Of a DNA stretch of 64,000 nt, positions 1 to 11,137 are shown piece by piece; position 1 is the first letter of the stretch; each line of letters opens with the position of its first letter. A model generated the notes under the pieces. The model saw only the letters and a program-made list of their open reading frames with translations, was not told the origin of the DNA and did no database searches. This DNA is from an uncultured bacterium (GTDB lineage: Bacteria; Oederibacteriota; PGYV01; CAWJRG01): NCBI GenBank assembly GCA_963845185.1, contig CAWJRG010000009.1, forward strand, positions 32,001-96,000, read 5' to 3'. Position numbers and translations under genes: made by a program.

Positions 1-2
1 CA

Positions 3-215
3 CTGGAAATCCTAAGCGATGCCATTGATGAAGGCGACAAAGTGCTGATAATAGACGATTTGCTTGCCACGGGCGGCACGACAGCGGCTGTTTCCCAGCT
101 TGTTGAAAAATTCGGCGCAGAGGTCGCGGAGCTTGCTTTTATAGTAGAACTTGACTTTTTAAAGGGCAGGGAAAAACTGGGCAAATACAAAGTCTTTTCG
201 ATAGTACATTATTAA
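3..215 (+). CDS. apt: Adenine phosphoribosyltransferase, 3' part (5' end outside window)
   Basis: Manual translation [26 protein letters not shown]...[25 protein letters not shown]-binding motif and typical Apt C-terminus. Confidence 0.92.
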   Translation: MEILSDAIDEGDKVLIIDDLLATGGTTAAVSQLVEKFGAEVAELAFIVELDFLKGREKLGKYKVFSIVHY

Positions 216-248
216 TTTAAACAAAATAAGGCTGAACCGGAGGAAAAA

Positions 249-1451
249 TTGATAAGTTTTGAGGAGCAATTAAAGACAATAAAACGGGGCGTTGCCGACA
301 TAGTGACGGAAAGCGAGCTTGAGGCAAAACTTAAAAAATCAATAAAACAAAATAAACCTTTAATAATAAAACTCGGGATCGACCCCAACGCTTCCGATAT
401 ACACCTGGGGCATACAGTAGCTTTAAACAAATTAAGGCAATTTCAAAACCTCGGCCATAAAGTCGTATTGATAATCGGTGATTATACAGCCATGATAGGA
501 GACCCGAGCGGAAGGATGAGTGAAAGGCCGCAGCTTGACCATGATACAATAATGAAAAATCTTGCCACTTACAAGGAGCAGGCTTATAAAATACTCGACA
601 AAGACAAGCTTGAGATTGTTTTCAACGGGGCGTGGTTTGAAAAATTAAATTTTCAGGATGTCATAAAACTCGTTTCGAAATTTACGCTCGCCCAGATGCT
701 TGAGCATGATTATTTCGACAAGCGATTCAAGGGAGGCCTTCCTTTAAGCATGCATGAACTGCTTTATCCCATGATGCAGGGTTATGATTCTGTAATGATT
801 AAAGCAGACATCGAATTAGGCGGCACAGACCAGAGATTCAATGTTATTGCCGGAAGATACCTGCAAAAAGAGTCCGGACAGGAAAGCCAGGTAGGGCTTT
901 TTACGCCTATCCTTGCGGGGCTTGACGGTAAGAATAAAATGAGCAAGTCGCTCAATAATTATATAGGCATAAGCGACAAACCCGAAGACATGTACGGTAA
1001 GGCAATGTCCATCCCCGATGAATTGATAATCCAGTATTTTGAACTTGTGACGGATATCGAGATGGAAGAAATAAATAAAATGGAAAAATCAATGAAGGAA
1101 GGCACCAACCCGCGCGACATAAAGAAAAAACTGGCGCATGAAATAGTAAAAAGGTTCCACACAGAGGCAGCTGCGAATGCGGCGGAAGAGAACTTTTCCA
1201 GGGTATTTTCCGACAGGGAAATGCCCGAAAAAATCGAGGAGTTTAAAGTTACCGAGGAAAAAATACCCGTTGTAAGATTATTGACCATGACAAAACTGGC
1301 CAAAAGTAATTCGGAAGCCCAGAGGCTGATAAGCCAGGGCGGGGTTTATGTAAACAAAGAAAGAGTCGATGATTATAAAAAGGAAATTCATATAAAAGAA
1401 CCGCTTATACTCAAGGTTGGGAAAAGGAAATTTTTGAAGATTGTCCGTTAA
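249..1451 (+). CDS. tyrS: Tyrosine--tRNA ligase
   Basis: HLGH and KMSKS motifs, YPMMQGYD, ELGGTDQ, C-terminal S4-like domain ending VGKRKF; GGAGG before TTG. Confidence 0.97.
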   Translation: MISFEEQLKTIKRGVADIVTESELEAKLKKSIKQNKPLIIKLGIDPNASDIHLGHTVALNKLRQFQNLGHKVVLIIGDYTAMIGDPSGRMSERPQLDHDTIMKNLATYKEQAYKILDKDKLEIVFNGAWFEKLNFQDVIKLVSKFTLAQMLEHDYFDKRFKGGLPLSMHELLYPMMQGYDSVMIKADIELGGTDQRFNVIAGRYLQKESGQESQVGLFTPILAGLDGKNKMSKSLNNYIGISDKPEDMYGKAMSIPDELIIQYFELVTDIEMEEINKMEKSMKEGTNPRDIKKKLAHEIVKRFHTEAAANAAEENFSRVFSDREMPEKIEEFKVTEEKIPVVRLLTMTKLAKSNSEAQRLISQGGVYVNKERVDDYKKEIHIKEPLILKVGKRKFLKIVR

Positions 1452-1493
1452 TGTATTTGCGGGGTTAATACCCCGGCGCAGAAAAGGTGGAAA

Positions 1494-1994
1494 ATGATAA
1501 AAAGGTACCGTTACTGCCCTTACTGCAAAGGCAGGCTCGACTATAAATCAACCCAAGGGCTTAAATTAAAACACTGCACTAAATGCGACAGGATATTTTA
1601 CGATAACCCAGCAACCGGCGTCGCAATCCTTGTAGAAAAAGACAAAAAAATTCTTTTTGTAAAAAGAAACGTAGTACCCAAAAAGAACAGGTGGGCTTTA
1701 CCGGGCGGGTTTATTGAGCAGGGAGAAACCATAGAAAAAGCCGCTTTGAGGGAATTAAAAGAAGAATGCAACCTGGAAGGCAAAAACGTAAAGATATTAT
1801 CAATATTCGCGGAGCAAACCTCGATTTTCGGAACTGTAATAGCTGTGGGAGTACTCATAACATCTGCCGCTGGCAACGTAAAAGCCGGCGATGACGCTAA
1901 AGAAGCAAAATTTTTCAGCATCGATAAAATGCCTAAAATAGCTTTTAAATCCCACAAATTTTTTGTGGATAAATACATAAAGGATAAATTATGA
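1494..1994 (+). CDS. NUDIX hydrolase with N-terminal zinc ribbon
   Basis: CPYC..CTKC; Nudix box GGFIEQGETIEKAALRELKEECNL. Confidence 0.9.
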   Translation: MIKRYRYCPYCKGRLDYKSTQGLKLKHCTKCDRIFYDNPATGVAILVEKDKKILFVKRNVVPKKNRWALPGGFIEQGETIEKAALRELKEECNLEGKNVKILSIFAEQTSIFGTVIAVGVLITSAAGNVKAGDDAKEAKFFSIDKMPKIAFKSHKFFVDKYIKDKL

Positions 1995-3253
1995 GGATAA
2001 TAGTAGATTTGCACATACATTCAAAATATTCAAGAGCAACAAGCCGCGACATGGACATAATAAATGTCGCAAAATGGGCGGAAAAAAAAGGCATTGATAT
2101 AATAGCCAGCGGGGATTTTCAGCACCCAAAATACTTGGGCGAGCTAAAAAGTAACCTGGTAGAAGCCGAGCCCGGGCTTTATAAAATTAAGAATGCAAAT
2201 ATAAAGGCAAGGGTGATTTTAAGCACTGAAATATCAAATATATTCAAACAGGGTGGTAAGGTGAGAAAAATCCACTCGCTCGTAATAATGCCTACTATTG
2301 AAGATGCCTCGAAATTGTCCCAGGTCCTCGCGACAAAAGGCAATACAACGGCGGATGGCAGGCCTATTTTCGGGTTTTCCGTAAAAGAGCTTTGCAAAAT
2401 TGTATTTGACGTTTCAAAAGACGCGCTTTTTATACCAGCGCATGTATGGACGCCGTGGTTTTCGGTTTTTGGCTCAAAATCGGGGTTCAACAGTATTGAG
2501 GAATGCTTTGAAGAAGAATCGGAAAATATCAAGGCGCTTGAAACGGGACTCTCATCGGACGCATCCATGAACTGGAGAATATCCGGACTCGACAAAAAAA
2601 CCCTTGTTTCGAATTCAGACGCGCATTCCCCGAGGAAAATAGGCAGGGAAGCAAATGTTTTTGACGCCAGGATTGATTATTATGAAATAAAAAAGATAAT
2701 AGAAACAAAAGACAAAAAGAAATTCCTTTATACAATAGAGTTTTTTCCCGAGGAAGGCAAATACCATTATGACGGGCACAGATTGTGCGGTATAAGCATG
2801 CACCCGAGGGAATCCATAGTAAAAAACAATAGGTGTCCTGTATGTTTCAAACCGCTAACCCTGGGCGTCCTTCATAGGGTGGAGGAACTCGCGGACAGGC
2901 CATGGAATTACGTGCCGCAAAACGCGCCGGAGCAAAGGCACTTGATACCGCTTGAGGAGGTTATTGCCGATGCTTTGGGAACAAGTGCTGCAAGCAAAAA
3001 AACTCAGGAAATGTATGAAAAGGCGCTTATAAAAGGCGGAACCGAATTCGAAATACTGCTGGACAGGAGCTTTGACGAACTTACGAAAATTCTGGACTAT
3101 AAAACGGCCGAAGGTATAATCAAGATGAGAATGGGAAAAGTAAATGTCGCGCCCGGATATGACGGGGAATACGGGAAAATAAGTATTTTCAGGGATATAG
3201 ACAAGTTTGATGATAAAACAAAAAAAATGCAAATGAAACTTTTCGAGGAATAA
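1991..3253 (+). CDS. PHP-domain protein, endonuclease Q / TIGR00375-like
   Basis: DLHIHSKYSRATS, PAHVWTPWFS, ETGLSSD, SNSDAHS, GKYHYDGHRLC..CPVC, PGYDGEYG. Confidence 0.85.
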   Translation: MRIIVDLHIHSKYSRATSRDMDIINVAKWAEKKGIDIIASGDFQHPKYLGELKSNLVEAEPGLYKIKNANIKARVILSTEISNIFKQGGKVRKIHSLVIMPTIEDASKLSQVLATKGNTTADGRPIFGFSVKELCKIVFDVSKDALFIPAHVWTPWFSVFGSKSGFNSIEECFEEESENIKALETGLSSDASMNWRISGLDKKTLVSNSDAHSPRKIGREANVFDARIDYYEIKKIIETKDKKKFLYTIEFFPEEGKYHYDGHRLCGISMHPRESIVKNNRCPVCFKPLTLGVLHRVEELADRPWNYVPQNAPEQRHLIPLEEVIADALGTSAASKKTQEMYEKALIKGGTEFEILLDRSFDELTKILDYKTAEGIIKMRMGKVNVAPGYDGEYGKISIFRDIDKFDDKTKKMQMKLFEE

Positions 3254-3254
3254 A

Positions 3255-4292
3255 GTGAAAAATTTTTTTAAAAATCTGATTGCCTTTGTAATAATTGCGC
3301 TTATATCAGGAAATATTATTTTGAATTTTAAATTAAGGGAAATAATAAAGTCATTCGACCCGGATATTTATGCTTCGTTCGCGCTTGTCTTAATACCTGA
3401 CAGGGTAACGCTTTTTAACGTTGCGGGCGGGAATTTCCACATTTGGGCATTGACTGCGGCGGTAAATTTTAACGCGCTTTTAAAAAAGGACTTCAACAGG
3501 ATAGTGCACAGCGTTTCGATTTACGGGCTGGCCGTTGATTTCATAAATTATAAAGATGAGGACCAACAAAAACATCAGCAGGCAATAAGCAATTCTTTTG
3601 CGATACCTTTCTGCAGATATTTTAAAATATTATGGAGCCGGATATCCTATATAGACCTTGAAAACAACACCGAATTTAAAATAACCAACATAAACGGCAA
3701 CAGTACTTTTACTCCTGGAAAAATCGAAAGCGAAGACACGCTTGCCTTCAATGGCCAGGGCTGGATTTTCGGGAACCCAAACGACAAAGTATTCCTAAAA
3801 TTTTATTTTTATCCCTACTATAAAAACAAGTTTTTTTTGAACGTATTCGCCAGCAAAATAAATGCGCGGCTGTTTGAACCAATGTTTAAAAGCAACAACC
3901 TGAAAATTCTGGACGGAATGATTAATTTTGTTGTGCAGATAAAAGGCGAAATGAGAAAAATATCTGTCAATAATATCATGGATTTTAACAACCTGAAAGT
4001 CAGGGAAGATGTTTTTATCGACCCGAAAGCATTTTTGGGGCTTTCCGTGGAACAGATGGTGGATTTTCTTAAGGATTCCAAAGGAGATTTCTATGTAAAT
4101 TTTTCCTTTGATATTGAAGACAGTGAATTCCTGAAAATATTTGAATATTACGGTGATCATTTTAAAGCATCGCTTGTGGACAGGGTAAAACTCGGCGCTA
4201 TTACAGCGCCTGCAAGACAAATAAAAGACCTGATATGGAATCTTACGGGAGAGAATATTTTTAGGATACTCAATATATTCGGAATAAAGTAA
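3255..4292 (+). CDS. Hypothetical membrane-anchored protein (possibly AsmA/DUF748-like)
   Basis: 345-aa ORF coupled to neighbours; N-terminal hydrophobic segment, beta-rich body. Confidence 0.55.
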   Translation: MKNFFKNLIAFVIIALISGNIILNFKLREIIKSFDPDIYASFALVLIPDRVTLFNVAGGNFHIWALTAAVNFNALLKKDFNRIVHSVSIYGLAVDFINYKDEDQQKHQQAISNSFAIPFCRYFKILWSRISYIDLENNTEFKITNINGNSTFTPGKIESEDTLAFNGQGWIFGNPNDKVFLKFYFYPYYKNKFFLNVFASKINARLFEPMFKSNNLKILDGMINFVVQIKGEMRKISVNNIMDFNNLKVREDVFIDPKAFLGLSVEQMVDFLKDSKGDFYVNFSFDIEDSEFLKIFEYYGDHFKASLVDRVKLGAITAPARQIKDLIWNLTGENIFRILNIFGIK

Positions 4293-4303
4293 AATTTCAG
4301 AAT

Positions 4304-4990
4304 TTGAAATGGAGGAAAACGAGAATGCGCGCGAGAAACCGTTATGTACTAGAAAACAGGGCTGACGAAAGCTGGCGGATGTTCAGAATAATGTCGGAAT
4401 TCGTGGAAGGTTTTGAGGAACTCGGGATGATTGGCGATGCCGTTTCCATATTCGGTTCGGCACGCGAGAAAAAGGCATCAAAAATTTACAAGGCGGCAGA
4501 GAAAACAGCATACCTGCTCGCGAAAAACAATTACGCTATAATAACTGGCGGCGGTGGTGGAATAATGGAAGCCGGTAACAAAGGCGCCGCAAAAGCAAAA
4601 GGGATTTCAATCGGTTTAAATATCGAATTGCCGCACGAACAGAAGCCGAATAAATACTCCAACATTAAACTGGGTTTCAGGTATTTTTTTGTACGTAAAG
4701 TAATGTTTGTAAAATATGCAAGCGCCTTTGTGGTTTTCCCTGGGGGATTCGGCACGATGGATGAACTTTTTGAAGCTGCGACACTTATTCAGACGGAGAA
4801 AATAAAACCTTTCCCGATAGTGCTTTACGGAAACTATTACTGGAAGCCTTTTTTGCAGTGGATAAAAACAAATTTAATTGCCGGTGGTTTTATCGACTTG
4901 AAGGATATTGAAATTTTTCACACAGCAGACACCCCGGAGGAAGTTATAAAAATTATAGCAAAAAAGACAAAAATAGCGGATGAAAATTAA
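4304..4990 (+). CDS. LOG family protein (TIGR00730); real start probably ATG 4325
   Basis: VSIFGSAR, ITGGGGGIMEAGNKG, YFFVRKVMF, PGGFGTMDE. Confidence 0.92.
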   Translation: MKWRKTRMRARNRYVLENRADESWRMFRIMSEFVEGFEELGMIGDAVSIFGSAREKKASKIYKAAEKTAYLLAKNNYAIITGGGGGIMEAGNKGAAKAKGISIGLNIELPHEQKPNKYSNIKLGFRYFFVRKVMFVKYASAFVVFPGGFGTMDELFEAATLIQTEKIKPFPIVLYGNYYWKPFLQWIKTNLIAGGFIDLKDIEIFHTADTPEEVIKIIAKKTKIADEN

Positions 4991-5699
4991 AGCGATTTTT
5001 TTTGACGCGGGCGAGACGCTCATATACAGAAACCCGTCGCTTGTTACCATTGCGCACCGCTGCCTGAAAAAATATAATTTTAAAATCAAAAAAGACCTGC
5101 TGGCGCACTCTATAAACAAAGCTGCGCTGGGAATGAGGAAAATTGTTGAAACAGGTAGGGTACGCGACTCGAAAAAATGGGAAATTTATATAAACAACCT
5201 TTTTAAGGAATTAAATATAAATAAACCAGAGCTTATGCTCGAACTGAGAAAAAGGCTTAGAGACGGCACAAGCTTTAGGCCTTTTAAAGACGCCGTGATG
5301 GTTGTTGATACGCTAAAAAAATACGGCATCAAGACCGGGGTTATATCAAACGCTTCAGCCCAGCTTGAAAAAATACTTAAAAGAGCCGGGCTTTTTAACA
5401 GGTTTGATTATATTATAATATCCGAAAAAGCAGGGGTAGAAAAGCCGAATAAAAAAATATTCAGAAAAGCTTTAAAAGAATCAGGTTTAAAGGCATGCGA
5501 GACCGTTTATATCGGCGATAATTATATAGCTGATATTATCGGGGCTAAAAAATCAGGCATAACGCCAGTCTGGGTGAAAAGAAAGACGAAAAATGCTGAA
5601 TTTTCTTTTGCCGGAGCTGTTGGCGAAGATGATAAAATACTACGGATAAGTAATTTAAAGGAAATTATTAAACTAATTAAAAAAGAGGGATGGATTTGA
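4980..5699 (+). CDS. HAD-superfamily hydrolase
   Basis: FFDAGETL, ISN, EKP, YIGDNYIADIIGA. Confidence 0.9.
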   Translation: MKIKAIFFDAGETLIYRNPSLVTIAHRCLKKYNFKIKKDLLAHSINKAALGMRKIVETGRVRDSKKWEIYINNLFKELNINKPELMLELRKRLRDGTSFRPFKDAVMVVDTLKKYGIKTGVISNASAQLEKILKRAGLFNRFDYIIISEKAGVEKPNKKIFRKALKESGLKACETVYIGDNYIADIIGAKKSGITPVWVKRKTKNAEFSFAGAVGEDDKILRISNLKEIIKLIKKEGWI

Positions 5700-6637
5700 C
5701 ATCAATAGTAGTAGCTACAAGGTCTTTAAAAGCAGAGATGCTGATTCTTAAAAATATAGGCGCTGAATACAAGCAAGAGATAGTTCTTGTGTCTGGGAAA
5801 TGCCCGTCTTTTCAGCGGAATAAAGGAGTGGAGGCGGCATCTGGCAGTATCATATATTTCATCGACGATGATTCGGTGCCGATGGGCGATGTATTCCGTA
5901 AAGCACAAAAAATTTTTGACAGGGATGAAAAAGTTGCGGTGGTTGGCGGGCCTGCCGTGGCAACTCAAGGCGACACATTTATGCAAAAGACATTCGGCGA
6001 GGTCCTTGGCACGAAATGGGCGACCGGCAAAAGCATGGCGAGATATAAAAAAGCCGGAAAGCAGAGAGAAACAAGCGAGAAAGAAATGATACTTTGCAAT
6101 ATGTTTGTTAGAAAAGAAATCATGGAAAAGTTCGGAGGTTTTAACGAAAACCTTTATCCCAATGAAGAAAATGAATTTTTAAACAAAGTGCAGTCGAAGG
6201 GTTATAAGATTATATACGACCCGGATATTTACGTATCAAGAAGCCACAGGGATACCATCGGGGATTTTTTTATGCAGTGCTTCACGTACGGCAGGGGAAG
6301 AGCGGAACAGGTGCTTACATTTTTTTCGTCTGGGGATATTGTTAATTTTATTCCTGCGCTTTTTGTCATGTATCTTGTTTTCATAAATGTTTCAAGGTAC
6401 GGCGGAATTCTTAATATGCCGCTGTATCTTTACCTTGCCTTGACTGCCACTTTCTCAATAAAAGCTGCAGTTGATTTAAGAAATATACCATCTTTTTTTA
6501 TTTTTTTATTTGAGTTTCCTATGGTGCATGTTGCTTACGGTTGCGGCTTTATCTACGGATTTTTTAAGCATATTGTTTCAAGGGGAAAAAAGGCAATAAA
6601 CAGGCAGATTGAAATAAAGGTAATAAAGGGAAAATAA
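5690..6637 (+). CDS. GT2 glycosyltransferase with C-terminal TM helices
   Basis: QRNKG, YFIDDD, GGFNENLYPNEE, hydrophobic C-terminus. Confidence 0.85.
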   Translation: MDLTSIVVATRSLKAEMLILKNIGAEYKQEIVLVSGKCPSFQRNKGVEAASGSIIYFIDDDSVPMGDVFRKAQKIFDRDEKVAVVGGPAVATQGDTFMQKTFGEVLGTKWATGKSMARYKKAGKQRETSEKEMILCNMFVRKEIMEKFGGFNENLYPNEENEFLNKVQSKGYKIIYDPDIYVSRSHRDTIGDFFMQCFTYGRGRAEQVLTFFSSGDIVNFIPALFVMYLVFINVSRYGGILNMPLYLYLALTATFSIKAAVDLRNIPSFFIFLFEFPMVHVAYGCGFIYGFFKHIVSRGKKAINRQIEIKVIKGK

Positions 6638-6639
6638 AA

Positions 6640-7707
6640 GTGAAAATACTTGTTTTATGTTCTCAGGCGAAAAATACAGGTGCAAAACTGCGCGCTGAAT
6701 ATATATTCCGATATTTAAAAAAGGCAGGCGCCGACGCCGATTATATATTACCTCCCTTAAACAGTATGCCTTTTATGTTTGATTTTTTACTTACGATATT
6801 CTATTACTTTTTTAAACTAATGAACAGAAGGCCGGATATTGTTTATATTTTAAAGCCTTACCCCAATACCGTGCTGCCGGCTTTGATGCTTAAACCCCGC
6901 GGAGCAAAACTGATAATTGACATAGATGACCTTGACCATGGTTACAGGTCCGGAGCAGTCTCGCATTTAATAAAATGGATGCAGCAAAAACTAACAAAAG
7001 CGGCAGACCTTATCACCTCGCATAACGATGAACTGATCAAACTCATAAAAAAAGAGCACCCGGCATACAGGGATAAAATATATAAACTCAAGCAATGCGT
7101 GGATTTGGAAATATTTTCCAGCCGGGCCGTTGATAAGGTAAAAGTAAAATACATAAAAAAAGAATATTCGGGAAAAATAATCCTTTTTTACATGGCGCAC
7201 TTAAATATAGCAAGCTGTTTGGATGAAATAATAGACGCGGTTTCCAGACTGAAAAGAAAAAACACCGTGTTGCTGGTTGCTGGCGGCGGGCCCATGTATG
7301 GCAATTACAAAAGGCTGGCGGAAAGAAAAGCAAAAAGCATGGTAGTTTTTCTAGGGCCAATGCCGCAGCATCAGGCGGTTAATTATATAGCGGCATCCGA
7401 TTTATGCCTTGTATATTACAGGAATTCGCTTGTAAACAAGTACAGGGCCTCAATGAAAATAAGGGAGTATCTGGCGCTATCCAAAAATATAGTGGCGGAT
7501 AGCGTAGGGGAAATAAAGAATTTTAGAAAACTCGTTTATTTAAGCGCACCGGCTGTGGGGGCGTATGCTGCTGAAATTGAAAAGCGGACAAAAACACTTG
7601 ATAACAGGGCAAAAAAGGGGTATAAATTTATACAAAAGGAATATAACTGGGACAGGGAAATCCGATTATTTTATGTATTCTTAAAAAAGAGCCTGTTACA
7701 AATTTAA
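6640..7707 (+). CDS. GT4-type (GT-B) glycosyltransferase
   Basis: DIDDL, VAGGGP, SMKIREYLA, EYNWD. Confidence 0.8.
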   Translation: MKILVLCSQAKNTGAKLRAEYIFRYLKKAGADADYILPPLNSMPFMFDFLLTIFYYFFKLMNRRPDIVYILKPYPNTVLPALMLKPRGAKLIIDIDDLDHGYRSGAVSHLIKWMQQKLTKAADLITSHNDELIKLIKKEHPAYRDKIYKLKQCVDLEIFSSRAVDKVKVKYIKKEYSGKIILFYMAHLNIASCLDEIIDAVSRLKRKNTVLLVAGGGPMYGNYKRLAERKAKSMVVFLGPMPQHQAVNYIAASDLCLVYYRNSLVNKYRASMKIREYLALSKNIVADSVGEIKNFRKLVYLSAPAVGAYAAEIEKRTKTLDNRAKKGYKFIQKEYNWDREIRLFYVFLKKSLLQI

Positions 7708-7758
7708 AAGTGATAATAACAGGGATACTGCCTGCTGTAAAGCAGTGAGGAGCAAGAA

Positions 7759-8754
7759 GTGCAGACAGAAGCCAGATTTTATAAAAAGGAACCTGTAGGG
7801 AAAACAAGATGTGTGTTATGCCCGCACCGCTGTTTTATTGCAAATAACAAAGAAGGTATTTGCAAAGTAAGGATAAATAAAGACGGGATTTTATACTCCA
7901 AAATATATGGAGAAGTTGCCACCTATGCCATGGATCCCATTGAAAAAAAGCCGCTTTATCATTTCTATCCGGGCAGTCAAATATTTTCAATAGGGACATG
8001 GGGATGCAATTTAAAGTGCACGTTCTGCCAAAATTGGACAATATCGCAACAGGAAGTTCCAACCGAAAATTTTTCCTCCCAGGAGATTGTAAATATAGCA
8101 ATAAAGGAAAATTCATTAGGCATTGCCTATACTTATAATGAACCGTTTATATGGTATGAGTATGTTTATGATACGGCAAAAATTGCCAAAGAAAAAGGTT
8201 TAAAAAATGTACTTGTAACAAACGGCTTTGTCAATGAAGACCCTTTAAAAGAAATATTTCCCTTGATTGACGCAATGAATATTGATTTAAAAGCAAGCAA
8301 TGAAGGCTTTTATAGGGAAATATGCAGCGGCCAGCTGCCACCGGTTATGAGGACCATTAAGTTATCATACAACGCAGGCATACATACTGAAATAACAAAC
8401 CTTATAATCCCGACATTAAATGACAAGGATGATGAAATAGCCGCGATAGTAGACTGGATTGCCGGGATTTCAAAAGACATTCCTTTGCATTTTTCCAGGT
8501 ATTATCCGCAATATCTAATGAACATTGACCCGACAGATATTTCCACATTAAAGAAAGCTTATGATATAGCCAAACAAAAACTAAATTATGTTTATCTGGG
8601 AAATGTTCCTGTGGATAAGGAGGAGGGCAATACTATTTGCCCAAACTGCAAAAAAGAACTTATAAAAAGAGAAATGTACAATATAAGCATTACCGGCATG
8701 AATGCGGACAATTGTAAATTTTGTAAAACAAAGATTTATGGAAAATTTGAATGA
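7759..8754 (+). CDS. amrS: AmmeMemoRadiSam system radical SAM enzyme
   Basis: CVLCPHRC, DPIEKKPLYHF, GCNLKCTFCQN, YTYNEP, PLHFSRYYP. Confidence 0.88.
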   Translation: MQTEARFYKKEPVGKTRCVLCPHRCFIANNKEGICKVRINKDGILYSKIYGEVATYAMDPIEKKPLYHFYPGSQIFSIGTWGCNLKCTFCQNWTISQQEVPTENFSSQEIVNIAIKENSLGIAYTYNEPFIWYEYVYDTAKIAKEKGLKNVLVTNGFVNEDPLKEIFPLIDAMNIDLKASNEGFYREICSGQLPPVMRTIKLSYNAGIHTEITNLIIPTLNDKDDEIAAIVDWIAGISKDIPLHFSRYYPQYLMNIDPTDISTLKKAYDIAKQKLNYVYLGNVPVDKEEGNTICPNCKKELIKREMYNISITGMNADNCKFCKTKIYGKFE

Positions 8755-9386
8755 GACATAGCAATCCTAATTTGAGAAAGAAATATGATAAATACGAATG
8801 GAAACAGAGCGGGATTATCCTGGCCTCGTCCTCGCCCCGCAGGATAGGCCTACTAAAAAAACACAATATTAAATTTAAAATTATAAGGCATAAAATTAAC
8901 GAAAAAAAGATAATGAAATTTATCAAATCAAAAGATCCGTACAGGATAGCGCAGGCAATAGCTTTTGAAAAAGCAATGTCTGTGGCGTGCAGGAAAAAAT
9001 CAGGGATTGTACTGGGGGCTGACACAATAGTAGTGGCAGGAAGGGAAATAATAGGCAAACCGTCATCGGCAAACGATGCCATAAGAATATTAAAGGTTTT
9101 AAGCGGTACGACGCACAGAGTAATTACAGCGCTTGTTTTTATTGATACCGGCGACGGGAAGACGCTTATTACCCACGATGAATCATTTGTAACTTTCAAA
9201 AAACTGGATTTAAAACAAATGAAAGATTATATCAAAAAAAATAATGTCCTTGACAAGGCCGGTGCATACGCAATCCAGGAAGGCGCGGATCCGTTTATAA
9301 ATAAGATAAGAGGTTCATATTATAACATTGTCGGGCTACCGATAGAGAAAGTAAAAAGTATTTTAAGAAATTGGAAAAAGTTGTAG
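8751..9386 (+). CDS. maf: Maf family nucleotide pyrophosphatase
   Basis: ILASSSPRR, GADTIV, DKAGAYAIQ, GSYYNIVGLP. Confidence 0.92.
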   Translation: MRHSNPNLRKKYDKYEWKQSGIILASSSPRRIGLLKKHNIKFKIIRHKINEKKIMKFIKSKDPYRIAQAIAFEKAMSVACRKKSGIVLGADTIVVAGREIIGKPSSANDAIRILKVLSGTTHRVITALVFIDTGDGKTLITHDESFVTFKKLDLKQMKDYIKKNNVLDKAGAYAIQEGADPFINKIRGSYYNIVGLPIEKVKSILRNWKKL

Positions 9387-9458
9387 TTAAATGACCTGAT
9401 AGAGTTAAAATTTGGTTGAACCTATTGCAAGAGTTTCAAAAATTAAATTTGGAATTGA

Positions 9459-10922
9459 TCACAGATTTTTTTCATATATTTCAACTTTAGTCTCTTTTTT
9501 GAGGAAGGCAATGAAATCTTTATAAAGTTGCTTGAATTTCAACTGTTTTAAACCCGATTCAATATCATCCGTCTCTTTTATAAATGCCTTTTCATCATAA
9601 GGAGTGTAATCTTCTTCTACCACATTGAACAGGTAATAACCATTTTTACCATTTATTACATCGGACATATCATTTAAATTCATATCAAATACAATATCTT
9701 TAAAGTCGTCGGAATCTATTTCCTTTGATTTGGATTCAATGTTTATCCAGGATGATGTCAGCAAGCTTGTATTATTTTTTACTGAAACTTTCTCAAAATC
9801 ATCAGGAGTTTTTATTTCTTCTTTCAAAGCTTTAATTTTAGATTGAGCTATTTTCATACCTTCCTGTTTCAACAACTCCTCCCGGACTTTTGTTTTAGTA
9901 TTTTCGAATGTCGGTTCAAAGCCGGATTCTTTATCCAAACACTTTATAACGTGAAAGCCGAATTTTGTTTTTGTAACATCACTTATCCCGCCTTTTTTAA
10001 GGTTAAAAGCAACTTTTTCAAACTCGGGTAATGTCATACCTTTTGATAGCCAACCAAGTTCTCCGCCTTTAGATGCAGAACCGGGATCCCTTGAATATTT
10101 TTTTGCAAGGGCTTCAAAAGATTCTCCGGACTTTGCTTTTTTTTCTATTTCCTGCGCAAGTTTTAAAGCTGCTTCTTCGGTCAGCCCAGTCGGTGAGGAA
10201 GGCGATGCATCGGGAATAATAAGTATGTGCGACACTTTGACCCTGTCTGGTTTTTCATAATCTTTTCTATGCATAGCATAATAATCTCTCATGAGATCAT
10301 CAGTAAGTTTGATGTCTTTTGTATAATCTTTATAATTAAAGTAAATATATTTTATTTTTAATCTTCTATGGCGCTTTAAGAAATAATTTTTTTCCTCGTC
10401 TTTAGTAAATTTTATCTGGGAAAGAAGGAAATTTTTTAATTTGGTTACAATCAAGTATTGCTTCTGCTGGCTTTCAAACTGCTCGGTTGTTATCCTGTTA
10501 TTCTGCAGTATCTGAAAATATTTTTTTGAGTCGAATTGCTTGTCGGTTTGAAATGCCTGAATGTTCATTATTGACTGCGCAATCTCGTCGTCGTTTGTTG
10601 ATATATTGACTTTTTGCGCATATCCAAGCAAAAGCATTTTTTCAATTATTTCATCGAGGGTCTCTTTTTTAAGCTGTTTTTCTTCTTCGTCAGATATTTT
10701 TTCGCCTGCTTCTGACATTGATTCCTGCTTGTTTTGCCATGCATCAGCAAGCGTCGAATATGAAATTTCCTGCTTGCCTACAACCGCAATAGTATCTGGA
10801 TTTACACCACCAGTTATAGCGCCTTTCATACCCCATAAAGCGAAGATTGTAACGAGAAAAGCAGATAGGACTACCCAAAGAATAGTTTTGGTATTATATC
10901 TAAACCAATTCATCATAAGCAT
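9459..10922 (-). CDS. PpiD/SurA-like parvulin peptidyl-prolyl isomerase
   Basis: N-terminal TM, SurA-N-like region, SHILI..FEALAKKYSRDPGSASKGGELG..TKFGFHVIK. Confidence 0.88.
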   Translation of the reverse strand: MLMMNWFRYNTKTILWVVLSAFLVTIFALWGMKGAITGGVNPDTIAVVGKQEISYSTLADAWQNKQESMSEAGEKISDEEEKQLKKETLDEIIEKMLLLGYAQKVNISTNDDEIAQSIMNIQAFQTDKQFDSKKYFQILQNNRITTEQFESQQKQYLIVTKLKNFLLSQIKFTKDEEKNYFLKRHRRLKIKYIYFNYKDYTKDIKLTDDLMRDYYAMHRKDYEKPDRVKVSHILIIPDASPSSPTGLTEEAALKLAQEIEKKAKSGESFEALAKKYSRDPGSASKGGELGWLSKGMTLPEFEKVAFNLKKGGISDVTKTKFGFHVIKCLDKESGFEPTFENTKTKVREELLKQEGMKIAQSKIKALKEEIKTPDDFEKVSVKNNTSLLTSSWINIESKSKEIDSDDFKDIVFDMNLNDMSDVINGKNGYYLFNVVEEDYTPYDEKAFIKETDDIESGLKQLKFKQLYKDFIAFLKKETKVEIYEKNL

Positions 10923-11137
10923 AAGAAAACACCTCAGTATCTAAAATATAATTTGCAATTCAAAACGAAAATATGCAAATAAAACTGGACTATTATAGAG
11001 AATTTTGGCAATAAAAGCAATGAAAATTTCAATACAAGGGCGGCTAAATTCGGTTTATTTTAATCTCTTTCAGAATTTTTTATAAAATATGTAATAATAG
11101 AATTTGAAAATGCCCTTATAAATAAGCGCAAAAATTA

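Noticed and set aside
1460..1475. CGGGGT-TAAT-ACCCCG hairpin after tyrS as terminator
   Set aside because: No T-tract and the next gene starts within 20 bp
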